A stretch of DNA of 64,000 nt, taken from positions 2,184 to 66,183 of the forward strand of contig CALBPV010000036.1 of the NCBI GenBank assembly GCA_937899265.1, read 5' to 3'. Origin of the DNA: an uncultured Bacteroidales bacterium (GTDB lineage Bacteria; Bacteroidota; Bacteroidia; Bacteroidales; UBA3663). Each line of letters begins with the position of its first letter. Position 1 is the first letter of the stretch. Of this stretch, positions 44,301 to 53,178 are shown in pieces. The notes beneath the pieces are model-generated. The model had not been told where the DNA came from. It saw only the letters and a program-made list of their open reading frames with translations, and did no database searches. The translations under genes and the position numbers were made by a program.

Positions 44301-45788
44301 ATGATTTATCCAATATTGACAGCTGAAGAGGCTGCCAGAACCATCAAGAACGGGGATGTGATAGGCATCGGCGGTTTCTCGTCGGTTGGGACTCCCAAGG
44401 CCATTCCCTCGGCGTTGGCCAAATATGCAACAGCCGAACACGAGGCAGGTCGGGAATTTCAGGTAGGTTTGATTACGGGCGGCGCCACAGGCAATCCCAT
44501 CGACAGCGAGATGGCGCTGGCCAAAGCCGTGAAGTTCCGTACTCCCTTCCAGTCGAACAAAGACATGCGCGGTGCCATCAATTCGGGCGAAGTGCAATAC
44601 TTTGACCTGCATCTCTCGATGATAGGTCAGGATGTACACTACGGCTTTCTGGGCAAAATAGACACAGCCATCATCGAAGCATCGGAAATCGAGGAGAACG
44701 GCAATGTGATTTTGACCACATCTGTGGGCATCTCCCCCACGCTCTGTATGGTGGCCGACAAAATCCTGATAGAGTTGAACGAGAAGCATGCAGGTAAGCT
44801 GCGCGGCATGCACGACATCTACGTGCCCGAGAATCCGCCCTACCGCAAGGCCATTCCTATAGAACATGTGGGCGACCGCATCGGTACCATCGACGTAAAA
44901 ATCGACCCAAAGAAGGTCATCGGCGTGGTGCTGACCAACGACAGCGACCATTTGGCACCCTTCACCCCGCTGAATGCCGAGACGCAGCAGATTGGCAACA
45001 ACGTGGCCGAGTTCCTGGCCAACGAACTGAAGCGCGGAGGCATCCCCAAGGAGTTCCTCCCCCTGCAGAGCGGTGTGGGCAACATCGCCAATGCCGTGCT
45101 GGGAGCTTTGGGTGACAACCCTCAGGTGCCGGCCTTCTCGATGTACACCGAAGTGATTCAAAACAGCGTGGTCGATTTGATGCTCAAGGGACGGTGTCAG
45201 TATGTGACCGGCTCGTCGCTGACGCTCGACGAAGAGGCTCTGCAGAAGATGTACGACAACATGGACGTGTTCGGTCCCCGGGTACTGCTGCGTCCGCAGG
45301 AGCTTACCAACCATCCCGAGATGATACGCCGTCTGGGCATCATTGCCATCAATACGGCGCTGGAGCTCGACATCTTCGGCAACATCAACTCCACACATGT
45401 GAGCGGCACAAGGATGATGAACGGTATCGGCGGGAGTGCCGACTTTGCCCGCAATGCCTACCTCTCCATATTCACCACTCCCTCGACGGCCAAGAAAGGC
45501 CTCATCTCGTCGATAGTGCCGATGGTGACACACGTCGATTCGTCGGAACACAGCGTTCGCGTGGTGGTGACAGAACAGGGTGTAGCGGATCTGAGAGGGA
45601 AGTCTCCCTCGCAGCGTGCACGCCTCATCATCGAGAACTGTGTGCACCCCGACTACAAAGAGCTGCTGTGGGATTTCCTCCGCCTGTCAGAGGGCAAGGG
45701 TCTCCACACGCCCACCTCGCTGCGCCACGCCTTCGCGATGCACCTCGCCTATGAGGATACGGGTGACATGAAGAACGCCAAGTTCTGA
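44301..45788 (+). CDS. Acetyl-CoA hydrolase/transferase family protein (succinate/acetate CoA-transferase type)
   Basis: Starts MIYPILTAEEAARTIKNGDVIGIGGFSSVGTPK. Has LQSGVGNIANAV and the catalytic-Glu region SGTRMMNGIGGSADF. Confidence 0.85.
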   Translation: MIYPILTAEEAARTIKNGDVIGIGGFSSVGTPKAIPSALAKYATAEHEAGREFQVGLITGGATGNPIDSEMALAKAVKFRTPFQSNKDMRGAINSGEVQYFDLHLSMIGQDVHYGFLGKIDTAIIEASEIEENGNVILTTSVGISPTLCMVADKILIELNEKHAGKLRGMHDIYVPENPPYRKAIPIEHVGDRIGTIDVKIDPKKVIGVVLTNDSDHLAPFTPLNAETQQIGNNVAEFLANELKRGGIPKEFLPLQSGVGNIANAVLGALGDNPQVPAFSMYTEVIQNSVVDLMLKGRCQYVTGSSLTLDEEALQKMYDNMDVFGPRVLLRPQELTNHPEMIRRLGIIAINTALELDIFGNINSTHVSGTRMMNGIGGSADFARNAYLSIFTTPSTAKKGLISSIVPMVTHVDSSEHSVRVVVTEQGVADLRGKSPSQRARLIIENCVHPDYKELLWDFLRLSEGKGLHTPTSLRHAFAMHLAYEDTGDMKNAKF

Positions 45789-45809
45789 GCCCCTGCGCGA
45801 ACCAATTAA

Positions 45810-45846
45810 CCCCGGACTGTCTGCACGGACCGTCCGGGGCTTTTCG
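45810..45846. terminator. GC hairpin between convergent genes
   Basis: ccccggac-(14 nt)-gtccgggg followed by cttttcg. It could serve both the CoA-transferase (+) and the opine-dehydrogenase-like gene (-). Confidence 0.5.
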
Positions 45847-45867
45847 TGTGCGAGCCGCAAAGGGAAG

Positions 45868-46890
45868 CTATTTGGCGTAAAGTTCCGTCATTCTGATTCC
45901 CCACTGATAAACCCGTTCGGTCACAGGCATGGAGACACCCTTGTCGCGGGCGACCGAGACGATGAAGCGCATGCCGAAGGGAAAATCCTCGGTGAAATAA
46001 CGGCTCGAGAAGTCGGGTACGAACCTACCGTCTCCAAGGGCTCGCATGGGTGCCGGAATGTTTTGGAATGCGGGAATGGAAGAGAGTTTTCGGGTGAGTG
46101 AAGGAACATCGCTGCATCCGTAGTAGTCCAACACGGGCGGAATGCTTTCGGCAGAAACCCCGATGCAGTCGAGGAGTTGTCTGAACTCAAGGTCCATCGT
46201 CACATACAAGTGCGAAGCATCGTCGGTCCATCCGGCATAGAATTCTGGCACAGCATCCCACGTCATACCAGGCTTCCAATCTCCCCAAAGCGTGTAGAGA
46301 CGGGCGGGATGAAGAAGGGGATTGCTGTTGGAGAGCGAAACTTCATAATAGCTTCCGGCCAAGCGGACAGGCGTGGAGAACATCTGCTGGAGTGTAGTTC
46401 GGACATCCCCCGGACGAGGCGAGTGTTCCACAGCGGCTGTGAGCGAATCTTTGTAGCCCTTGAGCTCGGCAGCATGACCGTAGGTAAGGGTGCGTGCGAT
46501 GAAAGGCACGCGTTGGAAGCCGAAGAGCACTTGTGAGGCGGGCAACAGTTCGAGAGCTTCGAAGAAGAAACCTGTGCTCGAAACTACGGAACCCACCCAT
46601 GTGGACTCCGACAGACAGGGACGTACAGCAAGAAGGACTTCACGAATGGCAAAGCCCGGCAGACACAGCAAGACCAGATCGGCACCGGGAATCACGTCCT
46701 CGGGATGGGAAGAGACCTTGTGGAGCGTTCCCCGGAATGTCTGTCCCTTGCAATCATGCACCTCTATTACAGAGGACCAACGGGACGGTGAGGATGTGAG
46801 CAGACTGACACGGCAACAATCCTGAGCTGCCAAAAAACCAGCACAGACGTGGCCGAGATTTCCTCCGCCGCATACGGTAATGTTCATCAT
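45868..46890 (-). CDS. NAD(P)-dependent octopine/nopaline (opine) dehydrogenase family protein
   Basis: N-terminal Rossmann fold ITVCGGGNLGHVCAGFLAA. The length and layout fit the family. Its start overlaps the stop of the upstream gene (ATGATGA). Confidence 0.6.
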   Translation of the reverse strand: MMNITVCGGGNLGHVCAGFLAAQDCCRVSLLTSSPSRWSSVIEVHDCKGQTFRGTLHKVSSHPEDVIPGADLVLLCLPGFAIREVLLAVRPCLSESTWVGSVVSSTGFFFEALELLPASQVLFGFQRVPFIARTLTYGHAAELKGYKDSLTAAVEHSPRPGDVRTTLQQMFSTPVRLAGSYYEVSLSNSNPLLHPARLYTLWGDWKPGMTWDAVPEFYAGWTDDASHLYVTMDLEFRQLLDCIGVSAESIPPVLDYYGCSDVPSLTRKLSSIPAFQNIPAPMRALGDGRFVPDFSSRYFTEDFPFGMRFIVSVARDKGVSMPVTERVYQWGIRMTELYAK

Positions 46891-48704
46891 AAAGATTCCA
46901 ACGACTTGAGAGCCGCAATGAGACGGGCGTTGTCGTCGTGATTGCGTACGGCGATGCGCATATACTGGCGACCGTCGAAGCCACCTTTGCCGGAACAGTC
47001 GCGTGTGAGGATATTGAACGACTTGAGGAGCTGCATCACCAGACGGGTGGCCCGAAGGGGCGGCAGAATCTCAACGAGAAAATAGTTGGCCTGGGAAGGC
47101 ATGACACGCAAGTAGGAGACGGAGCGAAGTTTCTGTTCGAAATCCCGCCTTTCGGCAATGAATTTGCGGCAGGATTGGCGGTAATCTTTCTCGTACTTGG
47201 TGAAAATCTGCATGAAATATTCGGCAAAACTGTTGAGGTTCCAGATGCTAACCTCGCGTTTGATGCGGGCAATGAGTTCGCAATCGGCTGCTGCCAAAAT
47301 GCCCAAACGCAAACCCGGCACGCCGTAACTCTTGGAGATGCTCTTCATGACCACCAAACGGGGATATGTCTCGAGAATGGCATCACAGAGGAGAGAGCTG
47401 GTCTCCCAATCCTCGCTGAAATCGACAAAGCTTTCATCGACAATGAGACGGATTTCCTGCGACTCGCACCAGCCGGCCAGGCGAAGCAATTCGTCGCGGG
47501 GAATGAAATTGCCGGACGGATTGTCCGGGTTGATGAGCAGGAGCGTCTCGACCCGATGGGCCGAGAAGAAAGCAATCAGGTCATCGACACCGTAGCGCCA
47601 CTCGGGATGGGCCGGCACAAAGGTGACAAGCGTGGAAGGGTCGCGCCGGTTGGGGTATTCCTCAAAAGTGGGACGCGTGATTCCGAGACGTCCGGGCAGG
47701 TCTTCCATGAGGATTTTGATGAGTTCTGCAGCTCCGTTGCCCGGTACAATATATTCCTCTCGTACCCCCCAACACTTGGAGGCCAACAGGGTATTGACCT
47801 TCATCCCGGAAGGATATTCTGTGAGGAGTGTGCGGAAATTGGCCTGCATCTCGTCGATGATGCGCGATGTGGGAAAATAGGGATTGACGAGATAGCAATA
47901 ATCCAACATCTTGGGGAAGCGCCAATAGCCGCCGAAGCGTCCATAGTACTTGCGCAGGATGTCATCCTCCTCTGCAAAAAGAGCTTCTGCGATGTCAAGA
48001 TCCTGTTTGTCGTCTATCTCGTACCACTTCTCGTCGGTGATGGGGAGAGCCTTGAGGTCGTGGCTGTTGAGGAACGAGATGATGCGGAGCACATTTTCGT
48101 AGTACTCATTGTTGCCGACCGACTTGGTGTAGGCTTCGAGGAAAGGCACATACTTGTTGCGGGAGAACTCGCGCGAGAACTTATAGATATTGACCGTCTT
48201 GTAGTAGGTGTCAATCTGGGAGTAGCGGAATGCATCCTTGGTGATAAAGTTGACGATGTTGCAATCGTCGTCAATCTGAACCATCGTGCCGTCCATCCAC
48301 GGTTCGTATTTGGCTACAAGAGCCAAGTTGGGGCAAGGATTGTCAAGCAGGAGCGAGAACATACCGTCGTCGAAGATGAGGTCACTCTCAATGAGGAGCG
48401 TGTCATCCTCCTGCAACTTGTCCTTGGCAAGAGCAAGCGAATAGATGTTGTTGGTCTTGTCGTAAACGGGATTGACGACATATTCAACAGGGAGATTTCC
48501 CCGGAAAGGGCCGATGTAGTCCATCAGCTTCTGTCCTTCATATCCGACAACGACGACGAGACGACGCAAAGACAGCCGCTGCAACTGTGCCAAAACCCGG
48601 TCAATCAACGTTGTACCGTTGACGGGCACCATGCATTTGGTATTGTTGCGGGTATATTCGCCGAGGCGTTTCCCCATGCCGGCGGCTAAGATTACTGCTT
48701 GCAT
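46887..48704 (-). CDS. Fusion: LicC/MobA-like nucleotidyltransferase + class I/II (HisC/CobD-like) PLP enzyme
   Basis: The N-terminus MQAVILAAGMGKRLGEYTRNNTKCMVPV is an NTP-transferase G-loop. The C-terminal part has NPDNPSGN, LIVDESF and the PLP-lysine motif SISKSYGVPGLRLG. Confidence 0.8.
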   Translation of the reverse strand: MQAVILAAGMGKRLGEYTRNNTKCMVPVNGTTLIDRVLAQLQRLSLRRLVVVVGYEGQKLMDYIGPFRGNLPVEYVVNPVYDKTNNIYSLALAKDKLQEDDTLLIESDLIFDDGMFSLLLDNPCPNLALVAKYEPWMDGTMVQIDDDCNIVNFITKDAFRYSQIDTYYKTVNIYKFSREFSRNKYVPFLEAYTKSVGNNEYYENVLRIISFLNSHDLKALPITDEKWYEIDDKQDLDIAEALFAEEDDILRKYYGRFGGYWRFPKMLDYCYLVNPYFPTSRIIDEMQANFRTLLTEYPSGMKVNTLLASKCWGVREEYIVPGNGAAELIKILMEDLPGRLGITRPTFEEYPNRRDPSTLVTFVPAHPEWRYGVDDLIAFFSAHRVETLLLINPDNPSGNFIPRDELLRLAGWCESQEIRLIVDESFVDFSEDWETSSLLCDAILETYPRLVVMKSISKSYGVPGLRLGILAAADCELIARIKREVSIWNLNSFAEYFMQIFTKYEKDYRQSCRKFIAERRDFEQKLRSVSYLRVMPSQANYFLVEILPPLRATRLVMQLLKSFNILTRDCSGKGGFDGRQYMRIAVRNHDDNARLIAALKSLESL

Positions 48705-48713
48705 GGCGCGAGA

Positions 48714-50279
48714 TTACTGCTTGCTTCGGTTCTCGTTGGGGTTCCACCCTCCAAGCACCCAGGAGGCTGTAGCGTATTTCTTGACCAAGTCTGCGTCCTT
48801 GACGGGTGTGAGATGACGGCTGTAGGGGTGACGCGATTCCATATCGACAGGTTCTCCGTTCTCATAGTATCGCGTGCCGTACTCGGCAAAGAAATTGTCC
48901 TTCGACCCGATTACGGACCAGCCCGTGGGCGAGATATGCTTCTCACGGCAGTTGATGAGCACCATTTCGGCGTAGGGGAACTTGCGGGAGGTGAGCGAAT
49001 TGGTGCGTCCGTAGTCGCTCAGACGTGACAAGTTGCCCAAAAACGTACATTCCAAGAAGACGAGGCCGCGCTGGCCCTCTTCGTTTCGGGGCCAGATGAA
49101 TGGACCGCCCGAATTGATTAACTGACAGCGGTAATAGAAGTTGGGTCCCATCGAGAGCACCACATCAAAACCGCCTTCGAGGATGCAATCCTGGAAGAAG
49201 GTGGTGCCGTTGCATGCCACAGCACGCTGGACACTCTTGATTCTGCAATTCTTCACCACCAAATGTTCACTCTGGGAAATCAGACCTTCTCCCTGCCCCA
49301 TCTCACCGTTGGAAGTATTCTCGATGGTAAGATTCTCGATGATGATGTCGCTACAGTTGTCGATGGCCATCACCGAACGGCGGAAGGGGAACGAGCCCTT
49401 CTGTTCGTTGGCAATGATGCGGCGGGGATGCGGATTTCGGTTGTCACAGTTCTCATAGAAAATGCGCACCTTGTCCTTGTCTGCACCGCGAAGGGTGAGG
49501 TTGGTTTTGTTGCGGAAATAGATTATTTCGTGATACTGTCCGGGATCAATCTCGATGACAACAGGTGTGGTCATGGAGTCGGGCACATAATCTATGGCTT
49601 CCTGAACAGAGCGGAAATCTTTGTCGCCGTAGCGGGAAACGCGCAGAACGCCTTTTTCCAACACGGGACCGTTGCCTCGGGTGGAGAACTCCCACTTGTC
49701 GCCCTTGGAAATGCCGGGCGACGAACCGTCGGCCTGAACGATGATGCCGGGATCGACAGTGATATAATAGTGATGGCCGTACTCCAGAATATTGTGGTGC
49801 ATTTGGATGACCACGATGCTGTCTTCCACAAAGATGGGGTCGAAATGGAACCCGTCGGTGAAGCCGCCGATGATGGATGTTTGGTATTCACCGATTTCGT
49901 CTTCCGCCTCCGGTGCCGAGGGCGTGCCGGGACGGGTGTCGCGATTGGTGGCCTGACGCGTACGGCTGAAATCGTAGGGAGTGGTCAAGTAGTGCTCGTT
50001 GACATCCTTCTGCCTTTTTTCCTCGGGATAGGGAGGTATGGAGAGGTCTATCTCATCGACCAGATTGTCAGTGTTGGAGTCATAGACGGCGATCTTGCCC
50101 TTACGCACAATTTTCTGGACGGGATCCTCGAAAACAATTACGAAATGAGCATCGGGATCGTTGTTCATCGACATCGGCTCGGGAACGAGGTGCATCTTTG
50201 ATTTGGGCTTAGCACAGGACGCTAAAGTCAAAATGGTCATAATGACAAGACCACAGGCGGCAAAATGTTTCGATTTCAT
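48714..50279 (-). CDS. Lipoprotein with pectinesterase-like (CE8/right-handed beta-helix) domain
   Basis: Lipobox MKSKHFAACGLVIMTILTLASC (ATG complement 50277-79). Has FRSVQEAIDYVPDSMTTPVVIEIDPGQYHEII, like the CE8 N-terminal signature. The catalytic-site positions are divergent (SVQRAV, GGFDVVLS). Confidence 0.55.
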   Translation of the reverse strand: MKSKHFAACGLVIMTILTLASCAKPKSKMHLVPEPMSMNNDPDAHFVIVFEDPVQKIVRKGKIAVYDSNTDNLVDEIDLSIPPYPEEKRQKDVNEHYLTTPYDFSRTRQATNRDTRPGTPSAPEAEDEIGEYQTSIIGGFTDGFHFDPIFVEDSIVVIQMHHNILEYGHHYYITVDPGIIVQADGSSPGISKGDKWEFSTRGNGPVLEKGVLRVSRYGDKDFRSVQEAIDYVPDSMTTPVVIEIDPGQYHEIIYFRNKTNLTLRGADKDKVRIFYENCDNRNPHPRRIIANEQKGSFPFRRSVMAIDNCSDIIIENLTIENTSNGEMGQGEGLISQSEHLVVKNCRIKSVQRAVACNGTTFFQDCILEGGFDVVLSMGPNFYYRCQLINSGGPFIWPRNEEGQRGLVFLECTFLGNLSRLSDYGRTNSLTSRKFPYAEMVLINCREKHISPTGWSVIGSKDNFFAEYGTRYYENGEPVDMESRHPYSRHLTPVKDADLVKKYATASWVLGGWNPNENRSKQ

Positions 50280-50325
50280 TGTGTCGGAAAGTTTACAATA
50301 ACAGTGATACTTCTTATAAGCGCTG

Positions 50326-50333
50326 CAAAGATA
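50326..50333 (-). promoter_or_regulatory. -7 box (TATCTTTG on minus strand) for the CE8-like operon
   Basis: The plus strand reads caaagata, 47 nt upstream of ATG 50279. Confidence 0.5.
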
Positions 50334-50468
50334 AGCATTATTTTTGAAATCAGCATACAAAAACCAAAAAAAAATCAAAAAAAGTTCCAAACACGCGTAT
50401 TTTTGCCGTTTGCAGGACAGTTCGGAGGTGTTTAAGGCTCTTCTATTAATCAAGAATTTGAGTATTAT

Positions 50469-50723
50469 GGTCTAAGGTCTAAGGTCTAAGGTCTAAGGTC
50501 TAAGTCTAAGGGCAAAGGTCTAAGGGCAAAGGTCTAAGGGCAAAGGGCAAAGGTCTAAGGGCAAAGGGCAAAGGTCTAAGGTCTAAGGTCTAAGGTCTAA
50601 GGGCAAAGGTCTAAGGGCAAAGGTCTAAGGTCTAAGGTCTAAGGTCAAAGGTCAACCATGAACCCTTAACCATGAACCCTTAACCATGAACCGTGAACCC
50701 TTAACCATGAACCATTGTTCATG
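50469..50723. repeat. Compound microsatellite: about 27 heptamers (GGTCTAA and GGGCAAA interleaved), then 14-mer CCATGAACCCTTAA repeats
   Basis: With A=GGTCTAA and B=GGGCAAA the read-out is: A x5, GTCTAA, B A B A B B A B B A A A A B A B A A A, GGTCAAA, GGTCAA. Next come CCATGAACCCTTAA x2, one copy with a 7-nt insertion, and a terminal palindrome catgaac-catt-gttcatg. Confidence 0.92.
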
Positions 50724-50788
50724 CATCCCGTTGAAGGGAGAGGCTCTAATTCTTGTATTCGCCGGAGCTCAACGTGAAGTTGGGACAT

Positions 50789-52066
50789 TCAAAACGAAGA
50801 GCGGGGGCGGTCGAAATCGGAACGCTTGAAGCGGAAACGACTCGAAGAGGGAAGTTTGATATAACCGACGTAGAACGTCTTGCGACTATCATGGGCACGC
50901 ATTTTGAAGACGAAATCGACCACAGGCGTGATTAATTCCCAAAACAGCGGAGACAGCCAAAAACGGCGCAAACGGAAGATGCGGGCATTGAGCAGATTGA
51001 CTGAAATGACCCAGGTAGCCCGCAGCAGGAGCAACAACAGCAGCACAGCGGGAAGAATGAACTGAACATAAGACAACGACGGGGAAGTCCAATCCACGCG
51101 CAGCAAGGTGAACACAAGAAGTGCCCACGCCCCGAGAACGAAAAGATAGCGTGACAGGATATCCAGCAAACGAACCGACATCGGCCACCGATGATACCAA
51201 TGAGAGGTGAATGCCCGGTTTTTGCGTTCCCGACTCCATCCGTAGGACAGCGGGGACTGTTGGTCGATGATAAGCGCCTGGGACGAACATTCTACAGTGA
51301 CATTGCTGCGGGTGGAAACATCAGCCACAAAGAGGTCGTCTTCGCCGGGATGGATGTTGAGGTGATTGGCAAAGCCCTGATTGTGATTGGCAAAAAAGAC
51401 TTCTTTGCGAAACGCAAGGTTGGTGCCCCATCCGGCATAGGGACGGACTGCAAGCGTCAGACCGAACAGGGTAATCATGCGCTGGAACAGGTCATAGCTG
51501 TAGAACCGAGAGAGAAAACCTGCACGATTCTCGTATGCCACAGGGGCAAGGACAAAATCAATGCCTTCGTTGAAGTTGCGTACCACCGATGCAATCCACT
51601 CCTCGCTTGAGGGTGTACACTGGGCCTGAGTAGCTATGACAATCTCTCCGTGAGCGGCCTTTACTCCCAACATGAAAGCCAATTTTCTACGGGAAAGAGT
51701 ACGCATTTCGTCATCGAGATGCGTATGGATGAAATGGTCGTTACGCTGCTCCATCATCTTGAGTACGTCGGGGGTCTCGTCGGACGATGCATCATCGACC
51801 ACTATGACCTCGAAATCCGGATATTGCTGGGCAAAGAACTCGGGCAGATTGCGAAGGAGGGCATCGGCTTGATTGTGGGCGTAAATGACAACCGAGACCG
51901 AAGGAGCCGACCGGGCAAAAGCCACCTTGCCGCGCTTTTCCCGTTTTCCCCTGCGGGCGGGTGCGGCCCAAACGATGAGCCAGAGCAACAGCTGTATGAA
52001 CCAAAATATAACAACTCCGGCGACAGAATAAACCAACCAGAGCGGATAGGAAGACAGAAATTCCAT
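50789..52066 (-). CDS. Membrane-bound family 2 glycosyltransferase
   Basis: Start at MEFLSSYPLWLV (complement 52064-66). Has the GT2 signature SVSVVIYAHNQADALLRNLPEFFAQQYPDFEVIVVDDASSDET, with TM helices at both ends. The upstream 210 codons of the 635-aa ORF are rejected. Confidence 0.8.
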   Translation of the reverse strand: MEFLSSYPLWLVYSVAGVVIFWFIQLLLWLIVWAAPARRGKREKRGKVAFARSAPSVSVVIYAHNQADALLRNLPEFFAQQYPDFEVIVVDDASSDETPDVLKMMEQRNDHFIHTHLDDEMRTLSRRKLAFMLGVKAAHGEIVIATQAQCTPSSEEWIASVVRNFNEGIDFVLAPVAYENRAGFLSRFYSYDLFQRMITLFGLTLAVRPYAGWGTNLAFRKEVFFANHNQGFANHLNIHPGEDDLFVADVSTRSNVTVECSSQALIIDQQSPLSYGWSRERKNRAFTSHWYHRWPMSVRLLDILSRYLFVLGAWALLVFTLLRVDWTSPSLSYVQFILPAVLLLLLLLRATWVISVNLLNARIFRLRRFWLSPLFWELITPVVDFVFKMRAHDSRKTFYVGYIKLPSSSRFRFKRSDFDRPRSSF

Positions 52067-52089
52067 TGTTTGTATTCTCAAATGCGCTG

Positions 52090-52097
52090 CAAAGATA
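52090..52097 (-). promoter_or_regulatory. -7 box (TATCTTTG on minus strand) for the GT2 gene
   Basis: The plus strand reads caaagata, 24 nt upstream of ATG 52066. Confidence 0.5.
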
Positions 52098-52203
52098 GCA
52101 TAAATTTGGGAGAAAAACAAGAAAATGAAAAAGTTTTTCGAAAAAAAAAGCATACACCTCATTTTGAGATGTATGCAAAGGATGGGAATGGCTTCTGCCT
52201 GAA

Positions 52204-53061
52204 TCAGCGGCTGCGCGTATTGGACGTTGCCTGACGGCCGGAAGTGCGTCCTCCGAATGTGCCGCGCGAAGAACCTTTGCTTGATGCGGAAGCAGAGCGG
52301 TTCGAGCCGGAAGCGGAGGCTGAACGCGCCGGTGTCGTGAAACGCGGCTGGGAAGGATTGGCAGCACCGCTGTGATTGCCCGAATTGGAAGGATGGGTTA
52401 CATTGCCCGAAGGTTGATTGCCACTCGGGGTTGCGTGATTGTCCGAACGGTTGCCGTTGCCCGAGGATGGATTGCGGCCTGCATTGCCCTGATGATAGCC
52501 GTTGCCCGAGCGATAGCCCTGATTGGGATGGTGTGCCGGGGCGGAGGCGCTGTGGTGGGGCGCAGGAGCGGCATTGTGGCGGGGTGCAGAACCATAATGG
52601 CTCTTGTATCCGTGGTGTGTGTAATACCAGCCTGGCTCGAAATGGAACACCGGCGATGCATAACCGTAGTGATGATAAGCTACGGGATGACCCCAAACCA
52701 TCTCAATCTGACCGGGAGTGAGATACGGGCGGAAGCGGTCGTAGTAGAGGCTGCGAATCGCCAGAGGATCGGATGCATAATAGACATCGTGACAGTAGGA
52801 ACGATAGACGGGTTCGAAGAGCATGGCCTGAGCCGTGTTGAGTGCCAATGCGGTAACCAAATCTACGAAAGATGCTTCATAGAGAGGTGCAGTCACCAAC
52901 ATGGGAGATGCAACCACAGGAACCGGTGCGGGCACGGGATCGGAGGAAACGACAACGGTGGCGGGACCGGCGTTCACTGCGAACGAGAAATGTACGTGCT
53001 GAGCGTTGCTCAAATTCGTGGTGCCGAGGATGGCAGCAGCGACAAGAATCATCTTCTTCAT
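52204..53061 (-). CDS. Secreted protein with a His/Tyr-rich core and a Ser/Gly/Asn/His low-complexity tail
   Basis: Signal peptide MKKMILVAAAILGTTNLSNAQ. The middle reads ...HPVAYHHYGYASPVFHFEPGWYYTHHGYKSHYG... The tail reads ...NQGYRSGNGYHQGNAGRNPSSGNGNRSDNHATPSGNQPSGN... Confidence 0.5.
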   Translation of the reverse strand: MKKMILVAAAILGTTNLSNAQHVHFSFAVNAGPATVVVSSDPVPAPVPVVASPMLVTAPLYEASFVDLVTALALNTAQAMLFEPVYRSYCHDVYYASDPLAIRSLYYDRFRPYLTPGQIEMVWGHPVAYHHYGYASPVFHFEPGWYYTHHGYKSHYGSAPRHNAAPAPHHSASAPAHHPNQGYRSGNGYHQGNAGRNPSSGNGNRSDNHATPSGNQPSGNVTHPSNSGNHSGAANPSQPRFTTPARSASASGSNRSASASSKGSSRGTFGGRTSGRQATSNTRSR

Positions 53062-53178
53062 AATGTAATAAATTTTAAGAGGTTCAACATTGTCTTTTTT
53101 CTGTCTTTAAGACGATGGTGAACCTCTGCCGTTTATCTGAAGGGTGAAAATATTCAATGAATTTGTATTTTTCCTCAC

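Noticed and set aside
50469-50656. Heptamer tract as coding repeat or CRISPR-like array
   Set aside because: TAA occurs in every unit, so all frames are closed. The units are contiguous with no spacers.
52067-52696. N-terminal 210 codons of the 635-aa ORF containing the GT2 gene
   Set aside because: This part is Pro/Arg/Ser-rich nonsense that overlaps the signal-peptide-bearing ORF 52204-53061 in another frame. A -7 box (52090-52097) and a good ATG (52066) define the real GT2 start.
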